Below are positions 49,050 through 60,707 of a stretch of 64,000 bases of DNA, in pieces; the stretch's first letter is position 1, and the number at the start of each line of letters is the position of its first letter. The DNA comes from Klebsormidium nitens (lineage: Eukaryota > Plantae > Klebsormidiophyceae): NCBI GenBank assembly GCA_000708835.1, contig DF237453.1, positions 4,104-68,103 on the forward strand, given 5' to 3'. The notes beneath the pieces were generated by a model, which was not told the DNA's origin, ran no database searches, and worked only from the letters and a program-made list of their open reading frames with translations. The position numbers and the translations under genes were made by a program.

Positions 49050-51183
49050 CCGGGTTAGGTAGACGCTTTTCATGATGGATGTGAGCGATAATGAGCGGTC
49101 CCTCACCTCCGCATGCACTTACTGCTCGGAGTCGATGGTTGCTTGGTCTCAACACGCGAGCGGGCGGGCGAGCGGGCAGAAGGAGCGACACGTTGCATAC
49201 CTGCAGACACGGCACAAGAGGTTTGAGCTTGGTGTTCCCAAATTCGGGCTTCCCCGTTACAAGCAAGTAGAAAAGGAAGAGCGCTGTCATACAACTCCGG
49301 CTTGCAATTGAGACATGATGTCTGCAGAAAGATTGAGAAAAGTGTGACTCAACAGGCTCGGCGACGCCGACACGTTTGCATAACAGCGGACAAATTCCGA
49401 CAAAGTCAAAGAATCAAGGGCCTTGCCTTGACGAAAGCCTGAGCGGCTCTTGGGTTCTGCGGAACCAAGTCTCCTTCAAGCTCTCCGCGCATCGAGAGAA
49501 ACAAAGGCCGCACAAACACGCGTACGAAGGTGGAACCTATCTTCCTTGTGCTCTACTTTTCATTGAGCTACAGTAACGGTTGTTCTAAGTCTCGACTAAC
49601 GAAGTCAGGGAAGTCTACTGTGAAAGGTTGGGGGCACCATCGAAACTCCGAAGCGAATAGAAGCGTTGCTAACCACTTCTTCGCCCGCCCCAGCCTGTCC
49701 GAACGTTCAAAAGGTGAGCACGGCCAGTGCGGCTTTCACCAGACGTCCAGCCAAGTGCCACGTGTCGACCCACCTGTCGTCTTCTCGCGTGGCCCTCTAG
49801 CTGGCCCGTGCTGGCTAGTAGGTGGGCAAGGGCAACCCGCCTTCAGGACCCAGAGCGGCGAAGGGCAGCGAAAATCAGCAGCGTTGCCGCGCTCCCCCAC
49901 CGTTGCCTACGCGCGCAGCCGCACCTTCCGCGCTGCCCCAAGCGGTTCAATGTCTCAGCTAGTATGCCGCCGCTGCGGAAGGTTGTTCCTGAAACACGAT
50001 TTAAGAGCATGAATGCCGATGACGATGATTAAAAGTAAGATGGACCGGAGGTGTCACGTTGGTAGTGACCAGTGGTGCTTCGTGGGTCCTAGGGACTGTG
50101 GAAGAATGGCAACGTGCCAACTTGAAGACCACTAAAAGCGCCAGTTGACTTTGCATGTCACTTGAATCAGGGAAACTCCCGTAACTTAGACAACGCTTTG
50201 CAGTCCCGGTTCAGCGGCTCAAGAATCGACCCAACTTTAAGTCCAAAGAAGGCTCGGTGTTAACGACCTTTTGAAGAGCCACTTTCCGTTTCCCATCACC
50301 AGCTTTGATGCAAACTGCTGACCGCAAAGCAATGTTTCGCGTTGACTTTCACCGAGGAGACAAAAGAAGCGTCTGCGACACGGTGCTAAGAGATAGGACC
50401 GAGGTGGAATTGCACAATGGAGCGGAACTGACCTGCGGATGATGAGCACGTCACTGGTCGCTACTCGCCGCATCAGCATCGTTTGAACGTCTTCTTCTAG
50501 TAGCCCTTGTCTGCATCTGAGAGAGAGGGCGGCATGTTCAGTTTTACAAACTTCATTTCAAACCGAGTGTTCAGGTTAACACCTTTTCGTGCAAGTTGGG
50601 CCATCGCACCGTTCGACCTCGTTTGTCCCTTCGATTCCGTCGGTCCGTAATCAGATTCAATACAGCAGGTACTGCAAATCTACGCAAAGCAGCCAGGGTA
50701 GTGCCTAGATACCCTCTTCACCCGCGGGGCCCGCCCGTGGTACCCTTGAATCCGGCTTTGCATGACGTTATATTCAATTATCCTCGTCTTACTCGGTTGA
50801 GCCACGAAACGGATAGGCACGCGACATCTCCGTTGATTTCGTTGGACAACGTAGCCTGAAGGTTTAGAGACGATATCAGGCAGAAGAAGACAGACAAACA
50901 GGCGGAGCTCTTTTCAAAACTCGACCCTCATCCCGTCTTATCCAATACAGCAGAGTCTAAATTTTGATAAAGGTGTGTCCGACTGCCAGAGCGGCCTCAC
51001 CGCAATCGAGTTGGTCGCAGAGCAGCCTGAGAAGCGAGATGGACCTCTGGGAGTCGACGACACCCGGCCCGCCCCAGCGCCTCCCCAGGAGCGCATACGC
51101 GAACGTCGGCGTGGTAGAAGATGCGGTGCAGCTTGATGTCAAACGGAGGAAGGAGACTCCGCTTCGGTGCAGTCGTGGACAGC
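49050..51183 (-). pseudogene. Decayed multi-exon gene, copy B (paralog of copy A)
   Basis: Blocks 51183-51001 (FDIKLHRIFYHAD/ALLGRRWGGPGVVDSQRSISLLRLLCDQLDC, frameshifts), 49988-49774 (TGA where copy A has TGG) and 49200 onward; same gtgagg and gtgggtc donors as copy A. Left end approximate. Confidence 0.5.
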
Positions 51184-52707
51184 CTGCGGAACACACAGCT
51201 CTTATTGATCGCACGACATGAACGACCTGGTAATTTCAAAAAGGACTCGCAGTCAACCGGTCGCTTGAATGGGCAACACAAGGCGAACAGTCTGGAACAA
51301 AATTGCGGGACAGTGCAAACTAGTGTACCGAAACGACAGCCGAAGGGAGAAGCGTGTTAAGAGGTGGGAAATAACGCCGTGACGCCAGCTATGGTGGGCT
51401 CGTTTGATTGAGACACAAATGCCTTGAGTTCCAAGGAAGTTGGTGCGATATACAGGACAGCCTCGCAAGATGAAGGCAAGCACATCTAACGGGCGACCGG
51501 AATCGCTTGAAGCAGGCAGACCGTCCCCCGGTAGACGGTCTACCGGGGGATCAGAAGATAACGGACGCAATTCGAACCCAAGTGCTTCAGAAATTATTGC
51601 TGTCAAGGAGATCTACTCGGTCAAAAGGTCAACCGCGCATTCGACTGGCCTCCTGATTGATTCAGTCGTGCTCATGATGCAGAGAAGACGAGGGCATCAA
51701 GAAAGACCATGAGCGCTGCAAGTGCAAGTGAGTATACCGACATCCAGTGTCTCGAAATCAGCCAACCGGGTTCGTCAAACAGTTGCGGTCCTCTCCATCT
51801 TTCCAATCTAGGCGGGCGCTTTCAGTGATGCACGTGAGCGAACGCGAGAGGGCCCTAACCTGTGCCGACAGATGCCCGAACATGCTTCTTTGGTGAGGTC
51901 AACACTTGTTGGAGCAGGCAACACGCTGTACAGGTTCGCAACACGCGGTACATCTGCAGCAACGGGGTTTCAAGTTCGAAGTTTGTGTGGAGTTCAAGAA
52001 GGAAAGCGGATGGACTACACCGTCGTAGAAGTTCAGTCAAGGTTGGATTCGGGCTTGACCTACCGCCCTCGTGTCAAAAGCATTGGTCGCCAAGAACCAA
52101 GTTCGTACAGCAACTTGAAAAGAAGCACGTCAGCAGATTCTGACGTCCAAATCAAAACTCGACATCGGGACAATAGTTACCGGTCAGGAGTTTTTGGTAT
52201 CGGCTCTTACAAGCACACTTCTATTGAAGAGAGCGGCCGAGCAGTAAGAGCCGCAACACTCAAAACGATATGGTCACCGAGTGGTCAGGTATATACCTGG
52301 GGCTGGTGGCTGGTGGCTGGCGGCTGCCCGGGTTGAAAGATGACAACGATCTCAATATCTGCACAAAGGAGTGTTTTCGAGTGTGACCCACGGACTTGTC
52401 CTCCAGAAGTGACGGCACGAAAATACTCAAGTAAAGAAGTCCGTAGTAGCTGCGCCAGACCATGTAAAGGGGTTTCTGCTTTGGCAATCCCAAAGGAGCT
52501 CGAATCTTCACGGTCGACATGCGGAATCAGACAGGTGTATTTAAAGTAAACGCTTCCAGCAAGAACCGTCATGGAAGCAAAGGGATTTGACAATTTCCCG
52601 AAATCCAAAGTCTTCGGTAAACAATCACAATTCTGTTGCGCCTTCAAGGTGTCAGCCAATCGAGACAAATCCCGCTTGTCCAAGGTAGCTCTTAGGCGTA
52701 GACGGCC

Positions 52708-55700
52708 TCACCAAGACGTGTACTGGAAGAGGAACCGGTTGACGAAGAAGATCTCGGGCAGGTCGTTGCGCGGCACAACGTGCACGGCGCGGAGAACGTT
52801 GGCGGTGTCGACCAGCTTGAACTCGCCGCCGCGCGCCATGCCCTCCCACTTCAGTTGCACGCACTTGGTGAGCTTGTCGATGGCGGGCAGCTTCTTGTAG
52901 TAGCGCACCAGCGCCATCTCGTGGCGCCGCTGCTGCCCGGGCGCATGGCCCTCCACGGTGCAGCTCAGGAAGAGCCGCACCTGCGCGTGGAGGTCCCACG
53001 GGGCTTGTCCCTCGGCCTCTCCTTGGAGCGCGATGTTGCTGTACCAGGGCCGTCCGTGGAAGCTCGGAACGGCCCTGGCGCACATAGGGCGGGGGCCGAA
53101 GCGGTCGCTGTCGCCGGTCGGCAGGGCGAGGGCGCTGTGCACAGTTACCTGCGGGGAATATTGAAAAGCTTTTGCATTAGGGTCGCGCATAGTCTGATAG
53201 ACGCCCGTAAGAGAATCAGCTGCCGCAACTGGAAAACATAACTGGAAAACATAATTCGCTATTATGCTGCTAGCACCGAATCAGAGTTCCCTGATCCACC
53301 CACGAAAGCCCAGGCGTTCGACCCAAAGTGCAATGCGCAGCTTTTTCAGATCTGAACGTTGCATATCAGCGAAGGAGCAAGAGGGGAAACGCTAACAAGC
53401 TTGTGTAAGATTCCAAGGATGCATCAGAAAAGGCTTGTCGAAGTTGAAAATGACCCACCACGCGCTTTGCAATCCGGTCGTAGTCCTTGCCCAGAAACTT
53501 GCGGAGTTGTGTAGCGAGGTGTCTCAGCTCGGGTTGCTGATTTAGCAGCTCGCGCGCGTGTTTGGATGAAGAAGGCCCGTCAGCTGGATCCGAGCTCGGG
53601 TTACTGATGTGCTCCAGCCACGGGAGCCTCAGGTTGAGCTTGACGGAGGACAGCACGTTCCGGCGGGGGTCGCTTGTCATCGCCTGTCAAAAGAAAAAAG
53701 AATCGCAGGATGATCCGCTCGGTAATTCCTGGATCACAGAAAAGCTCTCGCCTTGACTTTCGAGGCACTAGGGTTTAACTCGGTTCCAACCAAAGCAGTT
53801 GTCAATATCGTTTAAACTTCGGGCAAGTGGCGACATCTCCCAAGGACGAGATGCAGCTGCTCAGACTTTCAAATGATTGCAACGACAACGAGATGCAAAC
53901 GCTCGGACTTGCAAATCACTGCATCGACAACGTCACACCTGCCAAGGTACATTTTTCAAGCACTCTGCGATGAGCGGACAGGCAGGCTTGCAGATCATCT
54001 CGGACCTCTAAGTGGAATCATCCTCGAAACCTTTCAACAGCTTCGATTCCAGTCTTACCCGTTGAAGAGCCGTCCTTGCATTGTCCTCGGTGCGCTGCTC
54101 CTCGTCCTCCTGGTCCTCCTCGTCGGCATTTGGCAGGCCGGCTGCTTTTCGCAGTTGGCAGAGTCGTCGATGATGTTTGAGGACCTGTGAAGACGGTTTA
54201 CAAGTGCTCAAGCGCAGGCAAAACTCGGATAATGGATTGCATCCCGGGGAGTCCTGGTACAAAGCATTTCCAAAGTGGACAACACAACGATGTCTCACAA
54301 TCGATGCCAAGCTGCAAGAGAACGTCAAGCTAGAGGCCGGCAGCTCTGTCCGACCGCGACGCTACTTGAGAATGTGCAAGTCAGCCAAACTCCAGGGCTT
54401 TAAAGAGTAGATTCGACCGCAAGGTTTTCTTTTGCCACGCTCTCTAGAGCAAAGAGAACGAAGTCGGCTGAGCTTAGACGAGCTCGTCACCTCTCGCTTC
54501 ACCAGAATTCAGAATCCTCTTACAGTTCAAACACTTCAAGCCCCGATTAGAAAGCCATGGGCACCACCGCTCACCTGGTCCATCGCGTTCCTCCGATTAC
54601 TGGCTCTGTAGCCAATTTTGAGCAGCTGTATGTCGAGCGACTCGAACAGATTTGTTGAGTAGTGAATGGGCACTCCGGAACGCCATATGCAGTCCCGGTA
54701 GTGCGAAACCAGGTGGATTTTGATGATTCGGAACTCGGAGGCTTGCCCCTCGCCGAGCGTACGAATGATCGCCTTCACAGCCCTGCACAACAAGGACACT
54801 TCAGTCCCCGAGTCCGACTGACCAACTTCATAAACTTGAGGTTGTACACGACGTCGCTAGCTGTCTAGTAGACCAAAACTTTCTATACTCCGTGACCGAG
54901 AGCTGGAGATGTGTTGAAAAATGTTCGAACCTAACTAAGCAAGCTGATTGGAAACAAGGGCATGTCGAGACTCGTGAAAGTAGTAGCTGAATGCAAGTGA
55001 CCAGAGGGCTCCTTCGGTCTTTCTTTCTGCAAGACAAGAGTCCGCAACCGTTCAACTTGCAAACCAGAAAGCGGCCCATGTAGTGAACAGTCAGTAGGAG
55101 ACTAATCTGTTAGTGACTAAATTTAGAAAAGGGTGACTTCCCGGATGATGCTTGAAGACTGACACGACTTCCGACCCCGAGCAGCTCATGAACCTGGTGA
55201 ATCTAAAGTCGGACTGATATGCTTTGCCTCACTTTTCGCCTTGTCGCTCCATCTGGGTCAGCGAAGCCTCCGTGTGTTCGTCCGTCCGGCAGGCAAGAAT
55301 CACCCAGTCCACGAACTCAACCAGCGCCGCAATGATGCTGTTGTCCACAAGGCCGACGAGAGCAGGGATGACCACCTGAAAGCGTACGGAGGTTGTGGTT
55401 CAGCAGCTGAATGAAGCTCGGGGCTGGCCTCAAAACGTAGGTCCTCATTTGAAAATAGACGCTGCTTTCAGAGGAGAGACACCGCAGCAAGGGCAAAGCA
55501 CAGGCTGCCATGTTGGTGACTTTGTAAATTGGAAAGTTCGCCTCCCGGATCGTCTTAGAGGAAGTGCGGATGGCTGGTTGCGATACAAGAAAGACGATTC
55601 AAAAAGCGAGGTATCATTCTTCTGAATAGCATACAAGCAGATCCGATCGTCTTACCTGCATCACCGCCCGATGTTCGAATGCTGCAAACTTGGATCTGCC

Positions 55701-58700
55701 CGAGCTAGTGAAGTACCCTCCTTTGTCAGATCCGGGCACACGCAGATCGGCGAACCTGAAGTGATGTCACGGGAATCAGGATTCCTGCTAGAGTCGCATT
55801 CACATTGAGAGCTCTTTGGCTGTCGAAGCAAGTGCCTCACAATCTGGACATCTACTATAAGCTGAGGAACTAAAATCTCGGGTTTGAATCTCCTTGGCTT
55901 TTCTAAGTAAGTCACATCAGACGGACTCCCTGACCAACATGTTACACGAATCGAGAAGTACATTTTGTGGTCAAAGACCAGGTGAACAAGTGCCAGAGTA
56001 CCATCTAAGCCAACCATTCCTACTGCTCTTCTGTAGTGCTCTGACTTCTCACCTGTAGTTCTCTTTAATGTCCATGAGCGCCTTCTCGATGGCGCGCGCA
56101 ATAGCCGTGCGGTGGGACCCCGCTGCCACGTTGAGTAGCGCGTCGCAGATGGTGGGGAACAACCCCAAGTCCGTCTGGTGCATCATGTCTACGTGCACCG
56201 CCCGGTAGGGGTTCCCCCAATCGGTGTCGCCCCCATTGAAGCCCCACAGAGCGCACTGCACATGGGTCGACAATCGCATTGGAACTGTTGTCAAAAAGGT
56301 GGTCTGCTCGAGTGACCTGGATGAATGTCCTCCAAAGTTGTGCTCTCAAGTTGTCAATCACGGGCTTGATCACGGGCTTGTTCTACCAAGGCTTTACTGC
56401 CGAGAAATTACACAAACACGCAAGAAAGGGGCTCTCAGCTACGGCAGGACATAGGAAGCTTGGAAGACTAATTCTTCTAAAAGGTCTCGTCCTCACCTCC
56501 ACGGGATGCAAAGACAGGCCCATCGACCACTGATCGCGCTTCACAGGGTCTATGTCCTTGTTGGTGATCTTGGCGTGAGCCGCCATCATGCCTTTCTGCG
56601 TCCGGAAATGGAAGTGCTTGTCCACCTCGCACAGACGAGAGGCGGGGCACATGCAGATGCTGCACGGGGCGTTCGTCTGGTTCGTGTCTTTCGTACACGT
56701 CACCTGTGGCATGAAGCAACGGGTTGGTGGTCAGATATTTCTGCTTCAGACCCTCTTCGCACGCAGAGTCTTCATTGCAACATCGCAAACGTTCTGCAAA
56801 CCTTCTGCGAGAACGCGGGCTGACATTTCAGTACCAAGCTTATTGAGAAGCAAGACCTTTGCTAACTTGTCAACAACTGTATTGCCTGAGAGGTGTACCA
56901 CATCCAGTTCTCAATTGTCTTGATGCCTGCTGCGCCTGCGAAAGGTTGGACTCACTTTGCATCCCTCAGGATGATCGCAGACGTAGGCAAACAACATCGG
57001 GTAAAACCACCTCTCCTCAGCGTCCGGATCCTCTGACATGAAGCCCCTGCACACACATCAGGTCAACCTTTCTGTTAGCAATTAAACCCTGAAGTTTAAA
57101 GCTACTTCTACTTGCTTCCGTTTCAAGTGAGGAGCTTGTACGCTGGATTGCAATCACTGCACTTTGGGTACAAAGCCTGTAGTAGCGAGCAAGAGATCAC
57201 ACAGGGAGAAGGTTGAATGCAAGGCAGCTATAACTCACGTAAAGCTCGCATCCTTGAGCGGTTGCAGAACAAGCCGCAAGCACTCCTGGAAGACCTCCAG
57301 CTTCCGTAAGGTGAGCTCAGCGGACCCAGGCTCAAAACCTGCAACCAATTCGAATATTCCAGAACTTAGCCCAATCCTGGCAAGCAACAATAAGGTCTGA
57401 CCTCAAGACTGAGTCACATGCCTGCTTCGAACCACCAATTTCGAACATGTCCGGCAGCCCCGCTTACAGCAATTTCGCAACTGCACGCAACCTTTTCAGA
57501 TCCCGGCCCGGATCTCGAGCAAGTACCTGGATGTCCCGGCACAGCGTGTAGGATGGGGAAGATAGCAACCAGTGCATGCCCCCCAGGTTCATTCCGACGG
57601 TGCGACGCAATGTTTGCGGATGTGAGGGCGAACGGCCAGCCCAGGACGCTCATGTCGTTGGAGAGCGTGGTGACGTCACTGTTCATAATCAGCGGAGCGA
57701 TGACCGCTCCAGCGTGGCCCGTTCTGTTGATGTATTCCTGCACGAGACACGCATCATGGTTTTGGACTTGCAGGAGCTCCTTGCAAAGCGAGCACTAAAG
57801 TGGCCATAATTGGAGACAATGCTGGCGACACTCTCCAATATCTCTTTCTGTAAGTTTAATCCAATTCCATCCAAAAATTTGCCAAGACTGCAGTGCCAAC
57901 GAGCTTATAAACTTCTGATTGGCGACTTCTAAAGTGGCACATAGGTCTCCCGCTCGGTTCCTTCGCAGGTGGCGCTGACCCAACCGGGGGGCAATATCCG
58001 AGGCGTTTCTTCCCCCCCGTTGAAGATGACTTAATCACAAAACCATTCGCAACCATGGCACAATCTTTAACCACTCAGGTCTCACCTGAGCCTGTTCCCA
58101 GAAAGTCGCCGTGTCGGGAGAACTGACTGTACGATTGCCCTTGCTGTCTTGCGGTCGATCAGCTAAGCCCGTCGAGTTTGCAGAGTTGGAGAGCATCTCC
58201 TTGAGCGCTTCCTCCGGGTCTCGCATTCGGAGAATGATTGGGTAAGGATCGCCCTCTTTGCTGAGGTCGATGCTCACCCATCCCTAAAAAGACAAGAAGA
58301 TGCTTCACTGAAAACTGAGTAACGCAATTGCTTCCCCTCACTTTCCACAGTACCAATTTCAATGAACATCTGCCAAGGTCCAAGCTGCCTTTTTCTATTA
58401 GATTCAGGGCCGCTGTCTGATCCAACTTGCACGTGCAATAATAAAAAATGGATAGTCTCAAGGACCTGTTGAACATCCTTGAACGACCTTCATTTTACCT
58501 AAGTTCAGAAGATGGTCTCAGCAGTTCCTGGCGCAATTCAAAGCAACGCTGACATCACAAACGCCAATTGAGAATCATGACCAACTTCGGGTCAGTTGGA
58601 CGCTATTTGCAGGGACTCCAGTCACAAAAGATATAAAAAACTGCTGCCATGAGATACACAAGAGTAATGATGCAGGGAACACCCTCAAAACCCTGCACTA

Positions 58701-59401
58701 CAACTTTCCTTACATCGTCATTGTGAAACCCTTCCCGACGCAACACTTACTAGTATTTCCACAGCCAGAAAGTTCAGCATTGTCAATTGTGCATGTTAAC
58801 ATAGTAAGACAGCCCTGGACGCCAATAGAAGTTGTTTACTCACATCACTTTCTTTGAAGAGCACGCGCTCCTCAAACTTCTTGAGCGCCGCCGGCGTGCG
58901 AGCCTTGACCTTGGAGGCGTCCAGGTCTTGGAAGAAGAGCAGATTCATAAGGCTTCTAGTGTCTTGTTCGCTGAGGCCGACATTGTTCCGGCACCGCCGC
59001 ACAAATTGTAGGATCTTCAGCGTCTCGCGGATCTCATCGTCTAGCTGAGGAAACCTGCTCTTCTCTGGATCCTCAACCGGATCTGAGAAAAATGAGCCGC
59101 CTGCGCTGTGTGCCTGATGCGCACCATGATCCTCAACAGAAGCGGCCCCCTGCCCCTCCCTCTCTTCCGGCAGCTCAACCCTTTGCCTTTTGCTGCCATG
59201 CGGCTCAGCTAGCGCTTGACTGGGGCCTGCTTCTTCCGCAATGCTCAGATCTCGCAGCAGCTCTTCTGCAGGTGCTGCTTTCGTGCTAGGACCTGCCTCA
59301 TGTCTCACCCACTGACCTGGGCACGCGAACGACTCCCTGTGGCTTCCCAAAGAAGCGGGGGTTGGAAACTCTCGCCCGCAGGCGGCACACTTGTGAGGCA
59401 T
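52708..59401 (-). CDS. Plavaka-type DDE transposase (CACTA/Mirage/Chapaev-related), 936 aa, with N-terminal C2H2-like zinc finger
   Basis: 13 phase-compatible exons: 59401-58844, 58283-58086, 57737-57527, 57338-57239, 57046-56956, 56703-56497, 56255-56053, 55755-55656, 55375-55233, 54782-54575, 54184-54059, 53683-53459, 53148-52708 (2811 nt, no internal stop seen). Motifs: HKCAACGREFPTPASLGSH; PLIMNSDVT; YPMLFAYVCDHPEG; PCSICMCP; VHVDMMHQTDLGLF; KIHLVSHYRDCIWRSG...YSTNLFES; C-terminal RAVPSFHGRPWYS...VLRAVHVVP. Confidence 0.88.
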
Positions 59402-60707
59402 TTCTCTTTGCACACACTCGGATCTTCTGAGGCTTGCAGGTAGACTGTATGCACTTCTTCAATCAGCCTGCAAGGATTTACTTGCTCCAGTGTGGAAAAT
59501 GTCCAGCGGGTTGATTCAGTTCTGCAGCGATGGAAGCAGCAGATGACCAGCGTCAGCTGCCCTGCATCTTGCGATGCGGATCTGACTCTTGGCGCAACCA
59601 CCTCTGATTTGCAAGAGCTTGCCTCCCTGGAACTTCCAGTGGAAAGCCACTTGAGGTTCCCTTAGACAAAGGGAGTGCTTGCATGCTGCTCTCCAAAAGT
59701 GGTCGGCTGACACTGTATTGGGCGGGCTTCCCAGGGAAATTCACTGCAATCCAACCCGGTAGAAGTGGCAGGGGGCAAGCTCCAGGCTCCCCTTCCCATT
59801 GGCACAGTGGGCACTTCCCCTCTTTCTAGCCTGGCTAGGGCAGCATTTATCCAAGAATTGAAGGATTTATGAAAAGTTGCCTTCTTGACCACAGAAACCG
59901 CTGATTCCACGCCTTCTCCACGCACGCAAACCCCCGAATTCACGCCTCCGATCCAGCTGTTTTACCATCCGAGTCCCCAAATTTTGCGCTGCTATCACGT
60001 GTAAAAACAGCCGCATTTGCCAGTGCCACTGAAATTGAAACCCTTAAACGGTCTCAACTGAACAACTGTTGCCAGATTGCTTTCTTGGCATCTCTTGCAT
60101 ACAGGTACGGTAGTTGTGCTGCACGCGACTGCCAGCCTGCAACTCTCAAGACCATGATTGACTCAAGAGTCAAGTGCTGCACAGCCAGGCAGCCTCCATG
60201 TGCAGGCAGCCTCGTTGCTGGTCAACCTTTCGAAAGCGTGAGCTCTTGGTTGGCGAATGGAGGGCCTTTGCGTGCATCTTCTGCATCTCTCTGCCTGCAG
60301 CCTACAGCAAAAGCTAAAAAGACGGATGCTAATTTGCATAGAGCTGGATTTCTCTCATTTTGGAAGAAAATATGTGCAATGCTGAACTTGTGAAAGTCAG
60401 AGTGACCGGGCCAAGCTTGGGTTTGCATGGGCTCTGCAGACGCTAGCAAGGCCAAGGATTTTTTCCTGCATCAGGCCTCAAACAGCATAGGAGGCTGCGT
60501 GTCTTAGCGAACATTGCTCATCTCCTCATAAGCAGGTCCCAAGAATCTATAGAAGCACCTCTTGCCAGCATGCCATTTTTCTCGCAGCTGCAGGCTGCAA
60601 GCAAAGGCTTAGAGAGCAAAGGTGGTGGGGCTCTAAATGGCAAGGATCATCAGTGGAGCTTGGGGGACAGGTTGGCAGGGATTGCAAAGATGCAGAAGAA
60701 GCTCAAG

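Noticed and set aside
48312-51183. TET/JBP dioxygenase identity for the tandem pseudogenes (HxD motif near a Plavaka gene)
   Set aside because: Only an HxD-like triplet matches; the downstream His and Arg strands of the 2OG-Fe(II) fold are not visible, so no family is assigned.
52200-52707. CACTA-type terminal inverted repeat downstream of the transposase
   Set aside because: No CACTA/TAGTG terminus or matching inverted partner was found inside the window.
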